DNA of 64,000 nt from Azolla caroliniana (lineage: Eukaryota > Plantae > Polypodiophyta), in the NCBI GenBank assembly GCA_043228905.1, contig JBHGNT010000017.1, positions 10,106,001 to 10,170,000 of the forward strand, in the 5' to 3' direction. Below the pieces are notes generated by a model. That model was not told the DNA's origin, did no database searches, and saw only the letters and a list, made by a program, of their open reading frames with translations. Of the stretch, positions 38,178-51,330 are shown piece after piece. How positions within the stretch are numbered: the stretch's first letter is position 1; the number at the start of each line of letters is the position of its first letter. Position numbers and translations under genes: made by a program.

Positions 38178-41100
38178 ATAAATATGACTTAGGGCAAACT
38201 TTTAGTAACTGTTGTTACTGTTGTTGTCATTCTGGTTGGTGCAAGAATAGAGAGTGTGCGTAACAGTACAGAGAGAGAGAGAGAGAGAGAAAGAGGTCGT
38301 TGCCTCTGTTGTAACCGCCACCTGTGGCGAAGATCTGTGAGCACGAGGTCGGTGCCTCAGTGAACTCACTGTTGTACATTTTTTACATAGTGATAGTTTG
38401 CAGCCTGTGGGCTGCCGTGGTTTTTCCCCTAGTTTGGGGTTTCCCACGTAAACCTCTTGTGTATTCTCTCCTTCTTTGTGTCGCGTTTTATTTCCCGTTT
38501 TCTGTGAATCATTCTAACCTTGGTTGTGGCCGAGTGTTGCGCATAAGGAACGTTGGGTTCCCGTCAAGTGGTATCAGAGCTAACGACACAGAAAATGGAC
38601 GATTCATTTGGCGGCATGTTCAAGCTCACCGGCTCCAACTATTCAGTGTGGAAGTCGAAGATGAGGGACATGCTCGTGGTTAAAGACCTCTGGCTGCCGG
38701 TTCAGTTCGGAGACAAGAGACCGGACAAAATCGACGCCGCGATATGGGAGGTGATGCACATGAAGACAACGGCGTACATACGGTGCTTCATCGACATGAG
38801 CCTGTACAACAACTTCAATGAAGAGAGCAAGGCTAATGAGCTCTGGGAGAAGATCGGGATAATGTTTCAAAACAAAAATGTTGTTAACCAGGTTTCGATA
38901 TTCCGGAAGCTAGTAAGACTCCGGTACCAAGATGGCTCCAGCATGGCGGAGCATATGAATGCCTTCCAGGGGCTGATACACCAGGAAACTTCACTAGAAG
39001 TATCTCTCGCCGATGAGGTACTAGCGCTACTCCTGCTCGGTTCCCTCCCGGATAGCTGGGAGACGTTGGTTGTCACTTTGGGCAACGCCGGGCCGGAAGG
39101 AAAACGGTTATCCCTAGCAAGAGTAAAGTCGAGCTTGCTAGATGAGGAGGTGCGTCGGAAAGACAAAGATATGAGCTCCGACTCCAAAGCGCTTCTTACC
39201 GAATCGGAACGTGGAAGACATAGAAACCGTAGTCCCTAGAACCGGGAGAAGTCGGGGACACGGTCAAAGTCAAGGGGAAGGCCTACTTGTTTCTATTGCG
39301 GCAAACCGGGGCACTTCCAGAAGAACTGTTGGCATTTCCGGTAAGACAAGGAAACCGATGGTACCGATTCGAAGCGGACACCGGACCGGAACAGTAAAGA
39401 CCGGAGGGGGCCGGACCGGAGGGGAACGACGGCAATCGCGGCAAGTGAAGAGGAGTTGATGCTCATCACCGAGGAGAGTGAGATAAACCTTGCCAGCGAC
39501 GAGATGACCTGGGTGGTAGACTCCGGAGTGTCGTTCCACCTTACCCCGGACCGGAAATGCTTCTCATCCTACTGAGCCCGTGATCACGGCTGTGTCCGGA
39601 TGGGGAATGAAGGAACATGCCGAATTGTCGGCATAGGAGACGTGTGGCTGACAACACCAACTGGATGCAAGTTGCTGCTGAAGGATGTCCGACACGTTCT
39701 GGAAGTTCGTATGAACCTGATATCAGCCGGTCGACTAGATGATGAAGGCTACACTGGTAGCATCCGGAACGGTGTCATGAACTTCAGCAAAGGGAGCCTG
39801 ATTGTGGCTCGGGCCCGGAAGGTAAACACATTGTACTTGATGAATGCCCGGTTATGTCCGGAAGAAGTGAACGTGGCATTCGACACTGCCGGCGAGCTGT
39901 GGCACAAGAGACTGTGTCATATGAGCAAGAAGGGGATGAAGAGGCTTGCAGAAGACAACCTCATTCCACTGAAGAACGTGCACTTGGAGAAGTGCACTGA
40001 TTGTCTGGCCGGTAAAGAAAACCGGACCTCCTTCCGACCAAGGCCACCGATGAGAAGTAATGCACCACTGGAGTTGGTGCATACAGATGTGTGTCAAGTG
40101 GACACGAAGTCATATGCCGGAGCGCAGTACTTCGTGACGTTCATAGATGACCACAGCCGGAAGCTGTGAGCCACACCACTGAAGACGAAGGATCAGGTGC
40201 TATCCGTCTTCAAAGAGCTCCACGCGAGAGTGGAAAGAGAAACCGGCCGGAAGCTGAGGGCAGTTCAAGCAGATAACGGAGGAGAATACCGGGGGCAGTT
40301 CGAGGAGTACTGCCGCTCGAAGGGAATCCGGCTCGAATTTACCGTGCCGAAGACGCCGGAACTAAACGGACTGGCCAAGAGGATGAACCGGACCATAATG
40401 GAGAGGGTCCGGAGTATGCTAGCGCATGCAAAACTACCCAAGAAGTTTTGGGCTGAGGCACTGTCGACGGTGACATATGTGATTAATAGATCACCCTCAG
40501 TACCCTTGGACGGAGACACGCTACAGAGAGTGTGGACCGGTAAGGAAGTATCCTACCGACATCTGAAGGTGTTCGGGTGTCTCGCGTTCATGTAGCTAAG
40601 GACTGGAGAGGAAAGTTAGATCCAAAGACCCGGCCATGCATATTCCTCGGTTACGGTGACGATGAGTTCGGCTACCGAGTGTGGGACCCGGTCGACAAGA
40701 AGGTATTCCGGAGTCGAGATATTATCTTCATGGAGGACAAGACGCTCGCCGACTGGGAGTCGGAGAAGAAGATAATGAACTCCGAGTTGACCGGTAAGGA
40801 TCGAGTCTACGATGAGGAGACCCAACCGGCGAGAGACCGGTTAGCACTCGAGGAACCAGCCGGTTACGGTGAGGATACCGAACCGGCAGAAGAAGAAGTA
40901 GAGGAAGCTGAGACCGGAACCGGCCTAGACCCCGAATCGGATTCGGATGAAGAGTAAATGGAGGAGCCGGTTACTGATGCCCGAAGTCGTAGATATCCTC
41001 TCAGAGAGAGAAGGGAGCCCCGGAGATTTCCGGATGCAGAGCATGTGCTGCTGACCGATGAGGGGGAGCCGGAAAGCTTTGAAGAAGTGAAGGAAGACAC

Positions 41101-43335
41101 CCATAGCCGAAAATGGTTAAGTGCCATGCAGGACGAGATGAATTCCCTGCATGAGACCCATACGTACGAATTGGTGGAGTTGCCGAAAGGAAAGCGGGCA
41201 CTCCGAAACAAGTGGGTGTACAAGGTGAAACCGGGAGATGCCGGAAACCCCCCAAGATACAAAGCCAGGATCATGGTGAAGGGGTTCCAGCAGAAGAAGG
41301 GCGTGGACTTCGACAAGATATTTGCCCCGGTAGTAAAGATGACCTCCATCCGGACGGTGTTGAGTATAGTGGCAAGCATGAACCTTGAGGTAGAGCAGTT
41401 GGACGTGAAGACGACATTCCTTCACGGCGACCTCGAAGAGGAGATCTACATGCAGCAACCGGAAGGATTTGTGGAGAACGGGAAGGAGCACCTGGTATGC
41501 CGGCTGAAGAAGAGCCTGTACGGACTAAAGCAGGCTCCCCGACAATGGTACTGGAAGTTCGATTCGTTCATGACCGATCAAGGGTACCACAAGACGCAGG
41601 CCGATCACTGCGTGTTTGTGAAGAAGTTCGAAGGAGGCGACTTCTTGATACTCCTTCTGTACGTGGATGACATGTTGATCGTCGGACGTGACCAAGTCAA
41701 AATACGGATGCTGAAGAAGGCTCTCAACCGGACCTTCTGAATGAAAGACTTGGGTCCGGCAAGACAGATGCTGGGGATGCACATCATTCGGGACCGGTCA
41801 AAGAAGCAATTATGGTTGTCACAGGAGAAGTACGTGACAAAGGTGCTTCACCGGTTCAACATGTCAGAAGCGAAACCGGTCGGATCGACACTTCTAGCAA
41901 ACTGCAGGCTATCCGGTAAGCAGAGCCCGAAGACGAAAGCAGAGAAGGTGGATATGATGAAGATTCCATATGCCTCTGCCGTCGGGAGCTTGATGTATGC
42001 AATGGTGTGTACCCGACCGGATATAGGATACGCAGTCGGAGTGGTGAGCCGGTTCATGAGTAATCCTGGCAAGGAGCACTGGAACGTGGTCAAATGGATA
42101 CTCCGGTATTTGAAGGGCACCGATTCGGACATGTCGGCTGATGTGGATACCAGCCGGTCGACATCCGGGTATGTAATGACATATGCAGGGGGAGGTGTTT
42201 CGTAGCAGTCGAGGCTGCAGAAGACGGTTGCATTGTCAACCACGGAGGCGGAGTACATGGCGGCTGTGGAAGCCGGCAAGGAAATATTATGGATGAAGGA
42301 CTTCATCGGAGAGCTCGGTATCCGGCAAGAGGAATACCGACTCTATTGCGACAGTCAAAGTGCCATCCACCTTGCTAAGAATGCGGCCTACCATTCTCGG
42401 ACGAAGCATATCCAGCGAAGATATCACTGGATCTGGGAAAGAGTAGATGACCAGGAGTTCGCACTGACGAAGATCCACACGGCCGAGAACGGGTTAGATA
42501 TGCTGACCAAAGTGTTGACACCCGACAAGCTGAACGCATGCCGGAAGAAGATCGGGCTGGTAAGACACCCTATGTCGGAGTGAAGGGGGAGTTTGTTGGG
42601 AAACAGGTTCCTTCGGATGGGAAGGGAGAAGATCAGTGCCGATGAACAAACTCAGCCGAGGCCGAAACCGTATGAGGTGGACCCGGCCACGGAGAGCCGG
42701 ATGATGCAAACCCGGTGAAGATCGGATGAGGAGTACCCGGCCACGGAGAGCCGGATGATGTAGACCCGGTGAAGACCGGATGAGGAGTACCCAGCTACGG
42801 AGAGCCGGATGATGCAGACCCGGTGAAGACCGGATGAGGAGTACCTGGCTACGGAGAACCGGATGAAGATACATATTCGTAAATATGTTTTCTGATAGTC
42901 CATCGAGGCTATATTTGTAAATAGCCGAAAAGTCATATTAGTATAAATATGACTTAGGGCAAACTTTTAGTAACTGTTGTTACTGTTGTTGTAGTTGCCA
43001 TTCTGGTTGGTGCAAGAATAGAGAGTGTGCGTAACAGTACAGAGAGAGAGAGAGAGAGAAAGAGGTCGTTGCCTCTGTTGTAACCGCCGCTTGTGGCGAA
43101 GATCTGTGAGCACGAGGTCGGTGCCTCAGTGAACTCACTGTTGTACATTTTTTACATAGTGACAGTTTGCAGCCTGTGGGCTGCCGTGGTTTTTCCCCTA
43201 GTTTGGGGTTTTCCACGTAAACCTCCTGTGTATTCTCTCCTTCTTTGTGTCGCATTTTATTTCCCATTTTCTGTGTATCATTCTAAGCTTGGTTGTGGCC
43301 GAGTGTTGCGCATAAGGAACGTTGGGTTCCCGTCA
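38178..43335 (+). mobile_element. Tnt1/Tork-like copia element H; 5' LTR truncated (38178-38566), 3' LTR 42594-43335; gag-pol 38595-42583 disrupted
   Basis: PBS 38569-38580, complete domain set (LLLYVDDML, SRTKHIQRRYH), PPT GAAGGGGGAG, several stops and frameshifts. Confidence 0.93.
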
Positions 43336-45908
43336 GTTTTGTTGGCTGATTCTAGCCTAATTGCTCCCCCTTCTTCCGGATGCTCCGCCTCCCGCGTTCG
43401 AAACGTCTTGTCGGTAATAGAAGTTTAGTTCTCGAGGTTGTTCTTGGTTGTGTCGGCCTTGGCCGAATCAGCCTCTTCTTCAATGACCTTGTCCTCTTCC
43501 TCCATCGAAGTTTCAATAGAGAATTTGTCCTTCTTGCGCATTGCTTTTTGTTTGAACATGATTCTCCTTGACCAACAACATCGACTAGAGATCGAAGGAG
43601 GGAGGATTCTCCCTTGTGAGGGTTGCCGACCGAATGGCTTCGAACTGAGGTGCTAAGCCTCCGAGGAAAATTTGCACCATTTCATTGTCATCAATGCTAA
43701 CAATGATCGACCCAAGGGCATCGCACAACTTCTTGATCTTCGAAGTATAGCTGCCATTGACATGCATGTCCCTCAGTTGTATACCATTCAAGTCTTGCGG
43801 TCGTGTTGGCCGCGAAAATCTTCTTGAGGTTCCCCCACGCCTCTGTCGGCATATTGGCCTCTCCGATGTAGCTGAGCATGTGATGATGGACACGCGATGT
43901 AAGACAGTACAACACACAACTCGCCGCTTGCTCCCAAGTTGGGTAGTCGGCATGTGTTAGGTTGTGTTGATTTTTGTTTGCTCCTTCGACATAACTCTAA
44001 TAGCCTTGGTTGACAAGGTATTGATGCATCTTGTATTCCCAAGATGTAAAGTTTTTTTTGTCGACCTTCTCGGTAGGAAGAGCGCTTCCCATCTACGTGT
44101 TCATGTCAAACTTGTTGTTGTTCTTCTTCTTGATGCGAACTATGTAGATTGCTGCTACAATGATCAACCGGTTCTTTCCGAACGTAGGATTGGACACAAC
44201 ACACGCAAAGGTGATGGGCTTCGATCAAGCAACCACATGCTCTGATACCATGTAAAGAATCGAGGGATGATTCAGTGTAGCGGAAGAAATTTGTGTGTGT
44301 GTGTAGCGAGAGAGAGAGAGAGAGAGAGATACAAAAAAACAGAAAATTGGATTACAATGATGTTGAGAGACAAGCTCAACATTTGTGCGTAATACAATGC
44401 ATAACCAGTGCGTAGACTAGGTGCGTAAAATCGGTACGCATAACATGGTCGTAGCGGTGCATAAACCGCGAGACCGTTTGAAAGATATTCCTCGTAAGGA
44501 ATAGTTTTGGGAGTGAGTGTCGAGGCTCATTTATGAGCAGTAAAGTACTGTCAGTACTTGTGTCAACCCGATTGTCAGGGCTTGTATAAAAGGTGCTCAC
44601 TGAGCACGATGTATGTACAAATTGAGTATTATTTTTTGAATTAAGTTCTTGTGTTTACTCTCTCTCTTTGTCTCTCTCGTGCGTACTATGCAAACCTAAG
44701 CTTTCCATTAAACCTGCGTTTTCTGTTGTTCGGTTTCCTACATTTCTTCCGCACGCCATTCTTTTCATGGTATCAAAGCGCGAGGGTTAAGAACCTCTGC
44801 AACCAACTTTGCTTGAAGGAAAAACCAACGAAGAAGAACAAGAAAACCGATGGACAGAGGAATGGCTAGCTCGCTTCTGACGGAGAAGCTCGATAGAACC
44901 AACTATGCATCTTGGTCCTACAAGATGCACCAGTACTTGATCCGACACGGTTATTGGAGCTATGTCGATGGAGCAAATGACACAACACCCGATTTGACAC
45001 ACAAAGACTTCCCGATGTGGGAACAATCGGCGAGCAGAGTGTTGTACTGTTTCGTGTCTTGTGTGGGTGAACAGCTATTAAGCTACGTTTGGGATGCAAA
45101 AGTGCCGAAAGCCGCATGGGAAAATAAGAAGAAGATCTTCGCCGCAAGCACCACAGCCAGGAAGCTTAAGCTCTGATAGGAGTTGAGCAACCTACAACAA
45201 CGCGATTTGTCGGTGGCTAACTATACCTTGAAGATCAAGGACATATGCGACTCCTTAGCCTCCATTGATGTGAACATCGAGGAAAGCGAGATGGTCCAGG
45301 TCTGTCTCGAGGGTGGCGAAGTTTGGAGCGTTCCGAACTGTTGTGTGTATACGGGAGAATACGCCGTCGTTTTTCGACTTACAGTCGATGCTCCTTATAG
45401 AGGAGAACCACGCGGGTGCGTCGACAAGCACACATGCCAACAACAAGATGTTGTACACGGAGGAAGAGAAGCCCCATGGTCGTGGCAGACGAGGCGAGTC
45501 GGTAGGCAATGGAGGCGGCAGATGGGATCAAGGAAGAAGGCATTGAAGTGATGCTGACTGCAATTCTTGACCCTCCGGAAACAGGGGGAGTCGAGGCGAC
45601 GAGAATCGGCAAGGGAAATCTGCCACAGAATGCTGGTACTGTGGCAAGAAAGGCCGAAGGGAGAGCGAGTGCTAGAAAAATCATGCCGATTCGGAGAGAA
45701 CCAGGTCCGGAACAGGTTCCGGACAGACCGACAAAGGAAATCGGCAACGATCGCACTATGCCGAAGGATCCGGAGAAGCCGGAAAAGGGTTAGTCTACGT
45801 GACGAGACACGAAGCAAACTCAATGAAGCAGTCCGCCCCGAAATCGGACGAGGTGTGGTACGTCGACTCCGGCGCGTCAAACCATATGACGTGCCACAAG
45901 GAGTGGTT

Positions 45909-48900
45909 TGTTGGGATTACGGTCCCTTCGGATGGGATGGTCGGATGTCGGAGATGAATGCCGACGAGCCCGGTTTCGGTTTCGGATCCGGATGACGAAG
46001 ACCCCGGCTTCGGTGCCGGATGACGAATGTACCCGGAGAGCGATCCGGATGCAGGGACATATCCGTGAATATATTCGCTATGGGCCCCTGAGGCTATAGT
46101 TGTAAATAGCCCAAAGTCATATAAGTATAAATATGACTTAGGGCAAACTGTTTTGTTGTTGTTGACCATTTTTCTGTTTTTCCACTCAAGAGGAGTGAAG
46201 AGTGAGCAGCCGTGAGAGAGAGAGAGAGATAGAGCGTGAGAGACGAGGAGGTCGAAGCCTCTGTGTAATACCGCCGCCTGTGGCGAGGAATGCAAGCTCA
46301 AGGTCGTCGCCTTGCAGCTCGCCATTGTATACTTCTCCTTGTATAGTGTTGGTTTGGAGTCTTGTACTCCCGTGGTTTTTCCCGTATAGGGTTTTCCACG
46401 TTAAATCCCTGTGCATTCGTGTGTTTCTCTCTGTGGTTCCTATTTTCTGTTGCATTGATTCGCGCTTGCTTGGTTGTGGCCGAGTGGTGAAGGTGAATCG
46501 AAGCGTTGATTACCAACAAACTGGTATCAGAGCGAACTGCTGCAGAAAATGGAAGGCGGCGGCAGCGGGCAGCCGGGGATGATGGTGCTGACTGCGCAGA
46601 ACTACGCCGACTGGAAGATCAAGATGGAAGATCTTCTGATTGTTCGGGACCTATACGAACCGATTGACAGGTCGGAAATACCGAAAGGGGTACTTGAGTC
46701 GGAATGGAGGCTTTTGAACCGGAAAGCCGTTGCAACCATTCGGCAATACGTCGACGTGAGCGTCCTACAACATGTGGCAAACGACACCAACGCATATGAA
46801 ATGTGGAAGAAGCTGTCGGGCCTCTACGAGAGGAAGAATGCGTTGAATCGGACCTCCCTGATGAGGAAGATAGTGAATCTCAAGTACCGGGACGGCGAGA
46901 GTATGGTGGAACACGTAAGCACGTTCATGGGATTCGTGAATCAGCTTGCGGCGATCAAGTTCCCGTTGGAGGATGCAATGCAAGCCATCATCCTGATGTG
47001 TACATTGCCGGAAAGCTGGGAGAACTTGGTGGTGACTCTCAGCACCTCCTGCACCGAAGATAACTTGTCCCTACAAACGGTAAAGACAAGTATTTTGAAC
47101 GAAGAAGCGCGTCGGAGAGATAAAGAACCGGCCTCCGACTCGAAGGCGCTGCTTACCGAATCGGATCGGGGAAGACAATGGAACCGGAGTCCGCAAAGAC
47201 GGGAGAAGTCGGGGACCCGGTCGCAGTCAAGAGGAAGGCCCACATGCTTCCACTGTGGGAAGCCGGGGCACTTCCGAAAGAATTGTCGGCATTACCGAAA
47301 AGACAACGGAGCCGACGACACCGATTCGAAGAAGTCACCGGAGAGAAACGGTGCATACCGGGGAGCCACGGACCGGAGAGGTTCGGATCGGCGAGGGCAG
47401 GACCGGAAAGGAACAACGGCACTCGCGGCAAGTGAGGAAGAAATCATGCTCATCACCGAAGAAAGTGAAGTAAACATTGCCGGCGATGAGACGACCTGGG
47501 TGGTCGATTCCGGAGCATCGTTCCACCTGACCCCGGAGAGAAGATACTTCTCATCCTACACAGCCGGTGAGCATGGCTGTGTTCGGATGGGAAATGAAGG
47601 TACGTGCCGGATTGCCGGCATCGGAGACGTGTGGTTGACAACCCCGACCGGATGCAAAATGCTGCTGAAGGATGTCCGACACGTTCCGGAGGTTCGATTG
47701 AACCTGATTTCGGTCGGAAGGCTAGACGACGAAGGCTACACAGGTAGCATCCGGAACGGCGTAATGACGTTCAGCAAGGGGAGCCTGATAGTGGCTCGGG
47801 CCCGGAAAGTCAACACACTGTACCTGATGAATGCCCGGTTATGTCCGGAAGAGCTGAATGTGGCAGCCGACACTGCCGGTGAGCTGTGGCACAAAAGACT
47901 GTGCCACATGAGTGAGAAGGGGATGAAGAGGCTTGCAGAAGACAACCTTATTCCAGTGAAGCATGTGCACCTGGAGAAGTGCACCGATTGCCTGGCCGGT
48001 AAGCAGAACCGAACCTCCTTCCACTCAAGGCCACCGACGAGACGTAGCGCACCATTGGAGTTGGTGCACACCGATGTGTGTCAGGTAGAAACGAAGTCAC
48101 ATGGCGGAGCCCAGTACTTCGTAACATTCATTGATGATCACAGCCGGAAGCTGTGGACGGCACCGCTGAAGACAAAGGACCAAGTGTTGTGCGTCTTCAA
48201 AGAACTCCACGCGAGAGTGGAAAGGGAATCCGGCAAGAAGCTGAAAGCGATACGAGCGGATAACGGAGGGGAATACCGGGGGCAGTTCCAGGAGTACTGT
48301 CGCTCGAAGGGAATCCGGCAAGAAGCTGAAAGCGATACGAGCGGATAACGGAGGGGAATACCGGGGGCAGTTCCAGGAGTACTGTCGCTCGAAGGGAATC
48401 CGGCTCGAGTTTACTGTGCCGAAGACGCCGGAACTGAACGGGCTGGCCGAGAGGATGAACCGGACCATAATGGAGAGGGTCCGGAGTATGCTGGCGCATG
48501 CGAAATTACCCAAGGGGTTTTGGGCTGAGGCAATGTCGACGGCGAAATACGTGATAAACAGATCACCCTCAGTACCTTTGGACGGAGACACGCCGCAGAA
48601 AGTGTGGACTGGTAAGGAAGTGTCCTACCGGCATCTGAAGGTGTTCGGGTGTCTCGCATACGTGCATGTGGCAAAGGACCGGAGAGGAAAGCTAGATCCA
48701 AAGACCCGGCCATGCATATTCCTCGGTTACGGCGATGACGAGTTTGGCTACCGAGTATGGGACCCGGTCGACAAGAAGATATTCCGGAGTCGTGATATCA
48801 TCTTCATGGAGAACAAGACACTCGCCGACTGGGAGTCGGAGAAGAAGATGAAGAGCTCCAAGCCGACCGGTGAGGATCAACTCTACGAGGAGCAGTCCCG

Positions 48901-51330
48901 ACCGGCAAGGGACCGGTTAGCACTCGAGGATCCGGCCGAAGACGGTGAAGAAACAGAACCGGCCGAAGAAGATGAAAATGATACTGGAACCGGCCCCGAT
49001 CCCGAAAAGGATTCGGATGAAGAAGAAGAATCAGAAGAACCGGTTACCGAAGCTCCCGAACGGAGATATCCTCTAAGAGAGAGGAGGGCCCCCCGGAGAT
49101 TTCCGGATCCAGAGCACGTGCTGCTAACCGACGAGGGGGAGCCGGAGAGCTTTGAAGAAGCAAAGCACGACACCCAGAGCCGCAGGTGGTGTAGTGCCAT
49201 GCAGGACGAGATGGATTCCCTGCATGAGAACCACACATATGAACTTGTGGAGTTGCCGAAAGGAAAGCGGGCACTTCGAAACAAGTGGGTGTTCAAGCTG
49301 AAGCCGGGAGATGCCGACAACCCCCCGAGATACAAAGCCAGGATCGTGGTGAAGGGGTTTCAGCAGAAGAAGGGCATCGACTTCGACGAGATATTTGCCC
49401 CGGTAGTGAAGATGACCTCCATCCGGACGGTGCTGAGCATAGCGGCAAGCATGGACCTCGAGGTAGAACAGATGGACGTGAAGACGACATTCCTTCACGG
49501 TGACCTCGATGAAGAGATCTACATGCAGCAACCGGAAGGATTCGAGAAGAAAGGGAAGGAGCACCTGGTATGCCGGTTGAAGAAGAGCCTTTACGGACTG
49601 AAGCAGGCTCCCCGGCAATGGTACCGGAAGTTCGACTCCTTCATGACCGACGAAGGGTACCTCAAAACGCAGTCCGACCACTGCGTGTTTGTGAAGAAGT
49701 TCGAAGGAGGAGACTTTCTAATACTCCTCCTGTACGTGGACGACATGTTGATCGTCGGACGGGACCAGGTCAAGATACGGATGCTGAAGAGGGCTCTTCA
49801 CCGAACCTTCTCAATGAAGGACTTGGGTCCGGCGAGACAAATACTAGGGATGCACATCATCCGGGACCGGAGCAAGAAGCAGTTGTGGCTGTCACAGGAG
49901 AAGTACGTGACAAAGGTGCTTCACCGGTTCAACATGTCGGAAGCAAGACCGGTCCGATCGACCCTCCCGGCAAACTGCAAGCTGTCCAGCAAGCAAAGCC
50001 CCAAGACAAAGGTTGAGAAGGAGGACATGATGAAAGTACCATATGCCTCTGCCGTCGGGAGCTTGATGTACGCAATGGTGTGTACCCGACCGGACATCGG
50101 ATATGCAGTCGGAGCGGTAAGTCGGTACATGAGCAATCCCGGCAAAGAGCACTGGAACGCGGTCAAGTGGATACTCCGATACCTGAAGGGCACGGCAAAC
50201 GTGTGCCTCCGATTCGGCTCCGGGAAGCCCGAACTCGACGGCTTCACCGATTCGGATATGTCGGCTGATGCAGATACCAGCCGGTCCACATCAGGGTATG
50301 TGATGACGTATGCAGGGGGAGCTGTTTCATGGCAGTCGAGGCTGCAGAAGACGGTTGCGTTGTCAACCACAGAGGCGGAGTACATGGCGGCTGTTGAAGC
50401 CGGCAAGGAAATAATATGGATGAAGGACTTCATTAGAGAGCTCAGTATCCGACAGGAGGAGTACCGACTCTACTGCGACAGTCAGAGTGCAATCCACCTT
50501 GCGAAGAACGCGGCCTATCACTCCTGGACGAAGCACATCCAGCGAAGATATCACTGGATCCGGGAAAGGATAGAAGACAAGGAGTTCGTGCTGACAAAGA
50601 TCCACACGGACGAGAACGGGTCGGATATGCTGACCAAGGTCCTCACACCCGACAAGCTGGAAGCATGCCGGAAGAGGATCGGATTGGAGAGACATCCCAT
50701 GCCGAAGTGAAGGGGGAGTTTGTTGGGATTACGGTCCCTTCGGATGGGATGGTCGGATGTCGGAGATGAATGCCGACGAGCCCGGTTTCGGTTTCGGATC
50801 CGGATGACGAAGACCCCGGCTTCGGTGCCGGATGACGAATGTACCCGGAGAGCGATCCGGATGCAGGGACATATCCGTGAATATGTTCGCTATGGGCCCC
50901 TGAGGCTATAGTTGTAAATAGCCCAAAGTCATATAAGTATAAATATGACTTAGGGCAAACTGTTTTGTTGTTGTTGACCATTTTTCTGTTTTTCCACTCA
51001 AGAGGAGTGAAGAGTGAGCAGCCGTGAGAGAGAGAGAGAGATAGAGCGTGAGAGACGAGGAGGTCGAAGCCTCTGTGTAATACCGCCGCCTGTGGCGAGG
51101 AATGCGAGCTCAAGGTCGTCGCCTTGCAGCTCGCCATTGTATACTTCTCCTTGTATAGTGTTGGTTTGGAGTCTTGTACTCCCGTGGTTTTTCCCGTATA
51201 GGGTTTTCCACGTTAAATCCCTGTGCATTCGTGTGTTTCTCTCTGTGGTTCCTATTTTCTGTTGCATTGATTCGCGCTTGCTTGGTTGTGGCCGAGTGGT
51301 GAAGGTGAATCGAAGCGTTGATTACCAACA
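45909..51330 (+). mobile_element. Young full-length Tnt1/Tork-like copia element G; 610-bp LTRs 45909-46518 and 50721-51330; TSD TGGTT
   Basis: The LTRs differ by about 2 substitutions by eye. TGGTT occurs at 45904-45908 and 51331-51335. PBS 46522-46533; PPT just before 50721. Confidence 0.97.
46549..50710 (+). pseudogene. Gag-pol polyprotein of G, split into two ORFs by one 85-bp tandem duplication in integrase
   Basis: ORFs 46549-48348 (gag, CFHCGKPGHFRKNC, WVVDSGASFH, IN start) and 48416-50710 (IN end, RT YVDD, RH) contain no other stops. Confidence 0.93.
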
